The position numbers were made by a program, and so were the translations under genes. Below, piece by piece: positions 25,015 through 32,000 of a stretch of 32,000 bases of DNA (within the stretch, counting starts at the first letter, position 1; every line of letters begins with the position of its first letter). Origin of the DNA: Bdellovibrionales bacterium (lineage in GTDB: Bacteria > Bdellovibrionota > Bdellovibrionia > Bdellovibrionales > UBA1609). The stretch is taken from assembly GCA_963692945.1 (NCBI GenBank), contig OY843585.1:870001-902000 (forward strand), given 5' to 3'. The notes under the pieces are model-generated. The model was not told the origin of the DNA. It ran no database searches and worked only from the letters and a program-made list of their open reading frames with translations.

Positions 25015-26241
25015 TTAACAAGATTCTACGATAAGAGTGAGAGCTTCTCCTCCACCTAAGCAAATAGAGGCTACTCCTTTCTTTTTTTTATGAGTTTTTA
25101 AAGCATGAACTAAAGTTGTTAAAATACGAGCTCCACTTGCTCCTATAGGATGACCTAGAGCAACAGCTCCTCCGTGAACATTTAGACGATCTGCTGGGAT
25201 AGGGATTTCTTTTGAAACAGCCATAGCAACAGCACTGAAAGCTTCATTGACTTCAAAAAGATCAATATCTTCTGGTTTTAAATCAGATTGTTCAAGGGCT
25301 TTATTGATAGATGAAATAGGAGCTGTTGTGAACCAATGTGGGTCTTGTGCAAATACACTTTGAGTTATAACTCTAGCTAGAGGTTTTAATTTGTATTTTT
25401 TAACGGCCGTTTCACTTGCTAATAAACAAAGAGATGCTCCGTCATTGATTTTACTGGCATTAGCAGGAGTGATAGTTCCCTCTTTTTTGAAAATGGTTGG
25501 CAGTTTTGATATTTTTTCAAATTGAACACGGCTTGGTTCTTCATCTTCTGAAATGATTTTTGTTTCTTTTTTTGTTTTAATAGTTACAGGAGTGATTTCT
25601 TTTTTAAACCAAGATTCTTTTTGAGCTTTTAAAACTTTTTCGTAACTTTTCTTGGCAAACTGATCTTGTTCTTCGCGACTGAGCTTATATTTTTCAGCAC
25701 ACATTTCACCAATAACTCCCATATGTTGATTGTCATAAGGATTGAGTAGTCCATCTTCTAAAATACTATCTTTAAGCTGAATATCACCAAGACGAAAACC
25801 AGAACGAGAGTGATTTAAAAGATGAGGGGCTGAACTCATAGATTCTTGCCCACCGGCAATAACGATATGTGCTCTTTTGAGTTCTATGGAATCGCAAGCC
25901 ATCATAATAGCTTTTAAACCAGAACCACACACTTTATTGACAGTTGTACAAGGGGTTGAAGGATCTAAACCTCCATTTAGAGCTGTTTGTCGGGAAGGGG
26001 CTTGTTTAGAGCCTGCTGTTAAAACCTGTCCTATAATACACTCATCAATCCCTTGCACAGGTATATTTTTTTCTTTTAGAAGGTCTTTTAAGACAATAGC
26101 ACCTAGCTCTGGGGCTGAGAGAGAGGATAAGGCTCCTTGAAATTGACCAATGGCTGTTCTTTTAGCCTCTACAATATAAATAGAAATAAGCCCTCCGGAT
26201 TGAATCTCTGGAATTTTACCCAAAAAAGAAGTATTTTGCAA
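25015..26241 (-). CDS. Acetyl-CoA C-acetyltransferase (thiolase)
   Basis: VNKVCGSGLKAIM (active-site Cys), NVHGGAVALGHPIGASGARIL and ICLGGGEA. The listed start is a TTG with no RBS. The conserved thiolase N-terminus (IYIVEAKRTAIG) begins about 20 codons downstream, just after GGAGGG, so the true start is uncertain. Confidence 0.9.
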   Translation of the reverse strand: MQNTSFLGKIPEIQSGGLISIYIVEAKRTAIGQFQGALSSLSAPELGAIVLKDLLKEKNIPVQGIDECIIGQVLTAGSKQAPSRQTALNGGLDPSTPCTTVNKVCGSGLKAIMMACDSIELKRAHIVIAGGQESMSSAPHLLNHSRSGFRLGDIQLKDSILEDGLLNPYDNQHMGVIGEMCAEKYKLSREEQDQFAKKSYEKVLKAQKESWFKKEITPVTIKTKKETKIISEDEEPSRVQFEKISKLPTIFKKEGTITPANASKINDGASLCLLASETAVKKYKLKPLARVITQSVFAQDPHWFTTAPISSINKALEQSDLKPEDIDLFEVNEAFSAVAMAVSKEIPIPADRLNVHGGAVALGHPIGASGARILTTLVHALKTHKKKKGVASICLGGGEALTLIVESC

Positions 26242-26242
26242 A

Positions 26243-26298
26243 GAACTTAAACTAAAAATAACCTTGATTTTAGTTAGATGTGAATTTAGTTTGAGTTC
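26243..26298. promoter_or_regulatory. 14-bp inverted repeat in the divergent intergenic region between the thiolase and the secreted-protein gene
   Basis: gaacttaaactaaa (26243-26256) and tttagtttgagttc (26285-26298) are complementary at 13 of 14 positions, separated by a 28-nt spacer. Confidence 0.45.
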
Positions 26299-26316
26299 AA
26301 AGAAGGTAAGAAAAGT

Positions 26317-27252
26317 ATGAGGTTTTTTAAAGGTTTTTCAGGTTGTAGGGTTTTGCTCTTCTTAGCGGTAGTCTTTTCTTGTATTTCTTATGGAGAAACT
26401 AAGGTTTTTTTAGCCAAAGACATTCATTCTATCAAGGTTGAGGGTGTTAAGATGAAAGTCGTTTTCAAATATAGGGCTTCTAAAAATTTTCAAATTGAGT
26501 GGAAAAAGGATTCTTTTTCTATAAAAATTAAAAAAGCCATTTTAGAGATTAAAGACCCCTCTTATCAATCTAAAAGTTCTTGGGTGTCTTCCAATCTTTT
26601 TTCAAAAAAAGAGATGACTCTAAAAATTATAGGTCCTAGCAAACCTGTTTCTATTTTTGCAGCTGATGTAAATGGTTATTTCACAAAATGGAAGAGTCCT
26701 GTTTTTATATCTGCTACTCATAAGTCTAAAGTTTCAGGGAATCAAAATTCCTCTTCTTGGAATTTATTTTCAAAAGATTTGAATTTGAATTTGAATCGGC
26801 ATACAGGTCCTATTCATTTTAGAGGATTTTCTTTAAAAGCTAAATTGCAAAAAATTTCAAAAACAAAATCTTATTTTTATTTTAATGATGGATTATTAAA
26901 AATGACAGAAGGTTCAGGAGATATTTTTTTTACTACAGATAGGGCTAAAATTGATATTAAAAAATTTGAAGGCAATCTTGTAGGAACCACTCAGTCTGGT
27001 TCTGTGAATGTAAGTGTAAAAATAGATAAAAAAATTGATATTTTTTCTAAAGAAGGAGATCTTCGTTTTTATTTTAGAGAAACAGGGCCTCGGTTTTTTG
27101 CCTATACAGAAAGGGGAAAGATTTATGCTCCCAATTATATGTATAAGGAGTATTCAGGTAAATCTCTTAAGGTGACAGGTAGAATGAATAAAAATAAAAA
27201 ACAAGGGAGAGTTTCTTTAAAAACAGATGTAGGGAGTATTTATGCTTACTAA
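26317..27252 (+). CDS. Secreted or lipoprotein-like hypothetical protein, possibly a DUF4097-like beta-helical adhesin fold
   Basis: Signal peptide MRFFKGFSGCRVLLFLAVVFSC with a possible lipobox VFSC. The C-terminal half has repetitive short strands (GSGDIFFTTDRAKIDIKKFEGNLVGTTQSGSVNVSV...LKTDVGSIYAY). Confidence 0.6.
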   Translation: MRFFKGFSGCRVLLFLAVVFSCISYGETKVFLAKDIHSIKVEGVKMKVVFKYRASKNFQIEWKKDSFSIKIKKAILEIKDPSYQSKSSWVSSNLFSKKEMTLKIIGPSKPVSIFAADVNGYFTKWKSPVFISATHKSKVSGNQNSSSWNLFSKDLNLNLNRHTGPIHFRGFSLKAKLQKISKTKSYFYFNDGLLKMTEGSGDIFFTTDRAKIDIKKFEGNLVGTTQSGSVNVSVKIDKKIDIFSKEGDLRFYFRETGPRFFAYTERGKIYAPNYMYKEYSGKSLKVTGRMNKNKKQGRVSLKTDVGSIYAY

Positions 27253-27270
27253 TAAAAAGAAGGTAGAATT

Positions 27271-28089
27271 ATGAGTGCAAAAAAGAAAATCAAAAAAACT
27301 AAAAAAACTTCTTTAAAAAAGAGAGTTGCTAAAAAAGTAAAAAAGACTGCGATTAAAAAGAAGAAGGTGGCCGTTAAAAAAACTTCTTTAAAAAAGAGAG
27401 TTGCTAAAAAAGTAAAAAAGACTGCGGTTAAAAAGAAGAAGAAAATGACGGTTAAAAAAACTTCTTTAAAAAAAGGAGTTGCTAAAAAAGCAAAAAAGGC
27501 TGTGGTTAAAAAGAAGAAGGTGGCCGTTAAAAAAACTTCTTTAAAAAAAGGAGTTGCTAAGAAATTAGGGATTCAAAAAACTATACCTAAGAAAAAAGGA
27601 GATGCTAAGAAATTAGGGATTCAAAAAGCTATACCTAAGAAAAAAGGAGATCAAAAAAATAAAGAAATAGGTCTTAAAAAAACACAGGTTGTAAAATCAA
27701 GAGTTCCTGTAAAATTAGCAGCAAGAGAAAAAGAATTAGAAACTATTTTAGATAAAGAAAAAGAAAATAAACAGGTGTTAAGAGATATACAAGGGCGAAG
27801 CTATTGTTTGGTTGAAAGTTGTGATTTTCCATCTGTTGTAGAAGGGTATTGTCGCCTTCATTACTTTGCAGGTTGGAAAGTTATTCTTCAAAGAAAAAAA
27901 TTATTAGAAGAGAATTTTTTAGAAAAAATATTTTTGCAATTTCTAACGAAACACTCTGGTGCTATTTTAGAGTATTTATTTAAAGATTTAAATTCGGATA
28001 AGAATTTTTCTTCTGTTATGAAAAAAATTGAGGATAATGGAGATTTTGATATTGAAGATGAAGGATTATTGTATTTGCTAGATGAGTAA
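27271..28089 (+). CDS. Histone-H1-like lysine-rich repeat protein with a C-terminal Cys3His module
   Basis: The N-terminal roughly 130 aa are K/A/V-rich repeats (KKTSLKKRVAKKVKKTAIKKKKVAV). The C-terminal domain contains C-x4-C-x9-C-x2-H (SYCLVESCDFPSVVEGYCRLHYFAGW). RBS aagaagg lies upstream. Confidence 0.7.
   Translation: MSAKKKIKKTKKTSLKKRVAKKVKKTAIKKKKVAVKKTSLKKRVAKKVKKTAVKKKKKMTVKKTSLKKGVAKKAKKAVVKKKKVAVKKTSLKKGVAKKLGIQKTIPKKKGDAKKLGIQKAIPKKKGDQKNKEIGLKKTQVVKSRVPVKLAAREKELETILDKEKENKQVLRDIQGRSYCLVESCDFPSVVEGYCRLHYFAGWKVILQRKKLLEENFLEKIFLQFLTKHSGAILEYLFKDLNSDKNFSSVMKKIEDNGDFDIEDEGLLYLLDE
27301..27651 (+). repeat. In-frame coding tandem repeats: about 3.5 units of 75-78 bp, then 2 units of 48 bp
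   Basis: Units start at 27301, 27376, 27454 and 27529 (aaaaaaacttctttaaaaaa.ag.gttgctaa...). The 48-bp unit gctaagaaattagggattcaaaaa.ctatacctaagaaaaaaggagat occurs at 27556 and 27604. Confidence 0.9.
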
Positions 28090-28100
28090 AAGAATTAAAA

Positions 28101-29447
28101 ATGTTAAGTTCTAAATCCATTCCATCTCATTCTCAAAAAACTAAAAATTTTTATATCTCTACTTATGGTTGTCAAATGAATGTCAATGATACAGAGAGGA
28201 TGGTTTGTCTTTTAGAAATGTCAGGTTGGGCTTTAGTTCCTCAACCAGAGATGTCTGATCTTATTATTATTAATTCTTGTAGTATTCGTGAAAAACCTGT
28301 TCATAAAGTTCATTCAGAAGTAGGTCGTTATAAAAAGTTAAAGAAACAGCATCCTCATTTAAAAATTGGTGTAGCTGGTTGTGTGGCACAGCAAGAAAAA
28401 TCCCGTCTTCTTAAACAGATACCTCTTATTGATTTTGTTTTAGGAACAGATTCCATTGACGAGTTGCCTAGCATTGTCAATCGTTTAGAAAATGAAGAAA
28501 AAAAAGTTGTCTCAGCTCGTCAAAGACCTAAAGATCCATACTATGTGCAAACACTTATTGGAAATCCTAAAGTCACAGCTTTTGTGAATATTAGTAAAGG
28601 TTGTGATAATTTTTGCACTTTTTGTGTTGTCCCTTTTACAAGGGGTAGGGAGAGAAGTCGTCCTGTGAAGCATCTTGTAAAAGATTTGCAATCTCTTTAT
28701 GTGAGAGGTGTTCGTGAAGTGACCCTATTGGGACAAAATGTGAACTCCTATCATTCAGAATGTGGTGCTGGTTTTGCTGAATTGTTGGAAATTTTGGCTA
28801 CAGAAACAGATATTGAGAGAATACGATTTATAACCTCTCACCCTAAAGATTTTAATGAAAGTCTCGTTGAAACTATGGAAAAACATAGAAATAAAATTAT
28901 GGAGTATGTGCATTTACCTGTTCAATCAGGAAATTCAAAAATATTAGAGAGAATGAATAGAGGTTATACTCGTGAAGAGTATGTTAAAAAATCTCATATG
29001 ATTTTAGAAAAAATGCCTGGTTCTGTTTTATCTACAGATTTGATTGTTGGTTTTCCAGGAGAAACAGAAGCACAGTTTGAAGATACATTGAGTTTGCTTG
29101 ACGAAGTGCCTTATGAAAGTCTTTACGCTTTTACATATTCTGCTCGTCCTTTTACAAAAGCAGCCTTATATAAGGATGCTGTTCCTGAAGATGTAAAATC
29201 TAGTCGTCTTAAGCGGTTACAAGAAAAACATACAAAGATTGCCTTTTCTTTAGCTAAAAAATATAAAGATTCATTATTATCTGTTTTAGTGGAGAAAGAA
29301 GATTCTAAGACAGGTCTTTTTATGGGGCGTTCCACTCAAAATAAGTTGGTTTATTTTTCTGGAAGTGTTAGGGATATAGGTAAAACAATACCTATAAGAA
29401 TCAAAAAGGTATATGCATTAACATTTTATGGAGAAAAGGTTGTATGA
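28101..29447 (+). CDS. miaB: tRNA-2-methylthio-N6-dimethylallyladenosine synthase MiaB
   Basis: MTTase N-domain (YISTYGCQMNVNDTE...INSCSIRE...GCVAQ), radical-SAM motif CDNFCTFC, and a TRAM-like C-terminus. Confidence 0.92.
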   Translation: MLSSKSIPSHSQKTKNFYISTYGCQMNVNDTERMVCLLEMSGWALVPQPEMSDLIIINSCSIREKPVHKVHSEVGRYKKLKKQHPHLKIGVAGCVAQQEKSRLLKQIPLIDFVLGTDSIDELPSIVNRLENEEKKVVSARQRPKDPYYVQTLIGNPKVTAFVNISKGCDNFCTFCVVPFTRGRERSRPVKHLVKDLQSLYVRGVREVTLLGQNVNSYHSECGAGFAELLEILATETDIERIRFITSHPKDFNESLVETMEKHRNKIMEYVHLPVQSGNSKILERMNRGYTREEYVKKSHMILEKMPGSVLSTDLIVGFPGETEAQFEDTLSLLDEVPYESLYAFTYSARPFTKAALYKDAVPEDVKSSRLKRLQEKHTKIAFSLAKKYKDSLLSVLVEKEDSKTGLFMGRSTQNKLVYFSGSVRDIGKTIPIRIKKVYALTFYGEKVV

Positions 29448-29920
29448 AGCAAAAAGAAAAAACTAAAGAGAAGACTACAAAAACAAATTGGATAGAAGTT
29501 GCTCCTTATGGAATTGTTGGAGGAATGATTCCAGAAGCTTCTACAATGCTTTTTAAAAAAAAACATGGCGAAGGGCATTTTATTGTTTGGTTGTCGGAAT
29601 TACAAAGTCGGATTGCTATTGATCAGAATTTAAATAAAGAACAGCCTTTTTATTTTGCTCAAAAAATTTTAACAAAAATACAATCCACTCCTAAGAATTG
29701 TTTTTTTATTAAAACAGATCAAGGTCGGGATATTGTTGTTGTGACTTTTAAAGGTTCTTTAAAACCCATTCGTTTTTATGCTGATGAAATCATTTCTTTT
29801 TGTATTTTAAATAAATGTAGATTTTTTTGTACAAAAGATTTTTTTAAACAATCTCGTCGTGAATTGCCTAGTCGGTTTAAGCAAAAAGTTTTAGAGCAAA
29901 AACCTATGTATTTAAATTAA
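29444..29920 (+). CDS. Hypothetical protein translationally coupled to miaB; weak resemblance to the DUF151/bifunctional-nuclease fold
   Basis: ATGA start/stop overlap with miaB. The segment order FIVWLSELQSRIAI / QPFYFAQKIL / NCFFIK / IVVVTFKG / IRFYADEIISFCIL mirrors the DUF151 topology as I recall it. The conserved residues are not clearly retained. Confidence 0.45.
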   Translation: MKQKEKTKEKTTKTNWIEVAPYGIVGGMIPEASTMLFKKKHGEGHFIVWLSELQSRIAIDQNLNKEQPFYFAQKILTKIQSTPKNCFFIKTDQGRDIVVVTFKGSLKPIRFYADEIISFCILNKCRFFCTKDFFKQSRRELPSRFKQKVLEQKPMYLN

Positions 29921-29947
29921 AACTAAGAATCAAGGGAAGGTTTAGAG

Positions 29948-31414
29948 ATGTCCAAAACAGATGGAAAAAAAGTTTTTACTTTTGACGATATCTCTCTAGT
30001 TCCGTCTTATTCAGAGGTGTTACCAAGTGAGGTTGATATTTCAAGTTCACTTGGTAAGGGTTTAACTTTGTCTATGCCTATTATTTCTGCTGCTATGGAT
30101 ACGGTAACAGAACATAAAATGGCTCAAATTATGGCTCAAAGAGGTGGATTTGGAGTCATTCATAAAAACATGAGTATTCATTCTCAAGTGAAAGAAGTTG
30201 AAAAAGTTAAAAAATATGAAAGTGGTATGATTTTAGATCCCGTCGCTTTATCTCCAGATCATATTCTTCAAGAAGCCAAGGATGTTATGTTTGAACATTC
30301 TATTAGTGGTATTCCTATTACCAAAGGTAAGGAATTGGTAGGGATTATTACAAATAGAGATCTTAGATTTGAAACTGATTTAGGGCAAACTATAAATAAA
30401 GTTATGACCACTAAAGATAAACTTGTAACAGTACAAAAAAATACAACTTTGGAAGAGGCTAAAAAAATATTACATAAATATCGTATTGAGAAATTACCTG
30501 TTGTAGATGATCAATTTCATCTTGTAGGTTTGATTACTATTAAAGATATAGAAAAAGCAATAACCTTTCCTTTAGCCAATAAAGATAAGCATGGCCGTTT
30601 ATTTGTAGGTGCAGCTATAGGAACTGGTAAAAATTTTTTAGAAAGAGTTGAGTCTCTTGTTAAGGCGGGGACAGATTTAATTTGTGTAGATACAGCCCAT
30701 GGTCATTCTAAATATGTTATGGAATGTGTTCAAGAGATCAAAAAAAACTATCCTAATATTTTTATTATGGCAGGAAATGTTGCTACAGCTGAAGGGACAG
30801 AAGACCTTATTAAAGTAGGAGCAGATATTGTAAAAGTAGGGATTGGGCCTGGTAGTATTTGTACCACTCGTATTATTTCTGGAGTAGGTGTTCCTCAAAT
30901 CAGTGCCGTGATGGAGTGTTCTAAAGCGGCTAAAAAATTAGGGAAAACGGTTATTTCTGATGGAGGTGTTAAATACTCTGGAGATATAGTCAAAGCTCTT
31001 GCTCTAGGTGGATCTGCTGTTATGGTTGGTAATTTATTGGCTGGTTCTGATGAGGGGCCTGGTGAAACCATTTTGTATAGAGGACGAACTTATAAAATTT
31101 ATAGAGGTATGGGAAGTTTGGGAGCGATGAAAAAAGGTTCTAAAGATCGTTATGCTCAAGAGGATGTTTTGAATTTATCTAAGTTAGTTCCTGAAGGTAT
31201 TGAAGGACGAGTTCCTTATAGAGGGTCGGTCAATGCTATTTTAGATCAGTTGATTGGAGGATTACGTTCTGGTCTAGGTTATACAGGATCAAAAAATATG
31301 GAAAGTCTTCAAAAAAATGTGAAATTTGTCCATTTAAGTTTTCAAAGTTTAAGAGAGGCTCATGTTCACGATGTAACTATTACAAAAGAGGCTCCTAACT
31401 ATCGTATGGAGTGA
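29948..31414 (+). CDS. guaB: IMP dehydrogenase
   Basis: CBS pair, catalytic loop [11 protein letters not shown], and [17 protein letters not shown]. Confidence 0.97.
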   Translation: MSKTDGKKVFTFDDISLVPSYSEVLPSEVDISSSLGKGLTLSMPIISAAMDTVTEHKMAQIMAQRGGFGVIHKNMSIHSQVKEVEKVKKYESGMILDPVALSPDHILQEAKDVMFEHSISGIPITKGKELVGIITNRDLRFETDLGQTINKVMTTKDKLVTVQKNTTLEEAKKILHKYRIEKLPVVDDQFHLVGLITIKDIEKAITFPLANKDKHGRLFVGAAIGTGKNFLERVESLVKAGTDLICVDTAHGHSKYVMECVQEIKKNYPNIFIMAGNVATAEGTEDLIKVGADIVKVGIGPGSICTTRIISGVGVPQISAVMECSKAAKKLGKTVISDGGVKYSGDIVKALALGGSAVMVGNLLAGSDEGPGETILYRGRTYKIYRGMGSLGAMKKGSKDRYAQEDVLNLSKLVPEGIEGRVPYRGSVNAILDQLIGGLRSGLGYTGSKNMESLQKNVKFVHLSFQSLREAHVHDVTITKEAPNYRME

Positions 31415-31457
31415 TCATTTTATTTTCTACTGATAGGTTAAGAGAGAGGATTTTTTA

Positions 31458-32000
31458 ATGCAACAAGGATTTTTGATTCTTGATTTTGGTTCTCAATACA
31501 CTTGGCTTATTGCTCGTCGGTTTCGTGAATTGGGTTATTATTCAGAGATTGTGTCTTATGATGAGTCTTTAGAAAGTATTCGTCAAAAAAAGCCTTACGG
31601 AATCATTATTAGTGGAGGTCCCTCTTCCGTTTTAGAAAAAGATTCTCCTCAACAATCTATTGATGGACTTTTAGATATAGCTCCTGTTTTAGCGATTTGT
31701 TATGGAATGCAACTTGTAGCACATCAAAAAGGAGGTCGGTTATCAAAATCTGAAATAAGAACTTATGGTAAAAATAAAATTTTATGGGAAGAAGATCTTA
31801 TTCTTGATAATAAAAATCAGATAGTATGGATGAGTCATGGTGACTCTGTTGAGGAACTTCCCCCTAAGGCAAAACTTTTAGCTAAAGATGAAAAAGGTCT
31901 TATTGTTGCTTTTTCTATGGATAGATTATGGGCTTTCCAATTTCATCCAGAAGTGAGTCATACAGAAAAAGGTTCTAATCTTTTAGAATCCTTTGCTAAG
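31458..32000 (+). CDS. guaA: GMP synthase (glutamine-hydrolysing), N-terminal GATase domain; 3'-truncated by the window end
   Basis: My own translation from the ATG at 31458 is MQQGFLILDFGSQYTWLIARRFRELGYYSEIV...ICYGMQL...FQFHPEVSHT. It is open to nt 32000. RBS agagagagga lies upstream. It is absent from the ORF track because it has no stop in the window. Confidence 0.93.
   Translation, partial: MQQGFLILDFGSQYTWLIARRFRELGYYSEIVSYDESLESIRQKKPYGIIISGGPSSVLEKDSPQQSIDGLLDIAPVLAICYGMQLVAHQKGGRLSKSEIRTYGKNKILWEEDLILDNKNQIVWMSHGDSVEELPPKAKLLAKDEKGLIVAFSMDRLWAFQFHPEVSHTEKGSNLLESFAK

Noticed and set aside
24874-25059. 61-aa ORF between uvrA and the thiolase
   Set aside because: It has no recognisable motif and only a weak start context. 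Its last 45 nt overlap the convergent thiolase coding end. It also contains a weak hairpin (aaagag-gaat-ctcttt, 24961-24976) that could equally be part of a convergent terminator region. It may be a real small protein, but the sequence alone does not support calling it.
25877-26140. Plus-strand 87-aa ORF inside the thiolase gene, and similar embedded ORFs at 15296-15484, 17795-17989, 29123-29335 and 30677-30898
   Set aside because: These are antisense to strongly supported enzymes and show no independent signals.
27301-27651. The lysine-rich DNA repeats as a non-coding satellite or CRISPR-like array
   Set aside because: The units are multiples of 3 bp, in frame, contiguous without spacers, and embedded in an ORF with an RBS. 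They are coding tandem repeats.
1-32000. Mobile genetic element or genomic island markers (integrase, transposase, flanking tRNA, terminal inverted repeats)
   Set aside because: No ORF in the window resembles an integrase, transposase or recombinase. The ankyrin block shows only internal duplication, so a mobile-element call is not supported.

Overview
This is AT-rich bacterial DNA with Gram-negative-type features: Sec signal peptides and an OMP-like C-terminal beta-signal. The lineage is not identifiable from sequence alone. From about 5.1 kb to 32 kb the window is mostly conserved housekeeping genes on the + strand. These are rimP-nusA-infB-truB-(tryptophanase)-rpsO-pnp, dut, a secreted barrel-type protein, mutL-miaA, yicC-gmk-rpoZ, folE2-uvrA, a thiolase on the - strand, two secreted or basic hypotheticals, miaB plus a small coupled ORF, and guaB-guaA (guaA runs off the window). 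The first 5 kb is the accessory part and the best candidate for an undescribed system. It holds a large HExxH zincin-like protein with C-terminal ankyrin repeats. Convergent to it is a tandem array of three paralogous, signal-peptide-bearing ankyrin-repeat genes plus a 45-nt gene remnant. The array shows unequal-crossover scars and mosaic structure. Each intact copy sits directly behind a near-consensus sigma70-type promoter with no room for a leader or Shine-Dalgarno sequence. Other notable points:
- a promoter/terminator/hairpin leader upstream of rimP-nusA
- a near-perfect 42-bp coding tandem repeat that gives NusA an acidic tail
- tryptophanase inserted where rbfA is normally found
- an OMP-like gene whose signal peptide and PDZ-like domain are reachable only from a non-canonical ATT start overlapping dut
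- a UvrA lacking the insertion domain
- a lysine-rich repeat protein with a Cys3His module

No rRNA, tRNA, CRISPR array, transposase or integrase was recognised.
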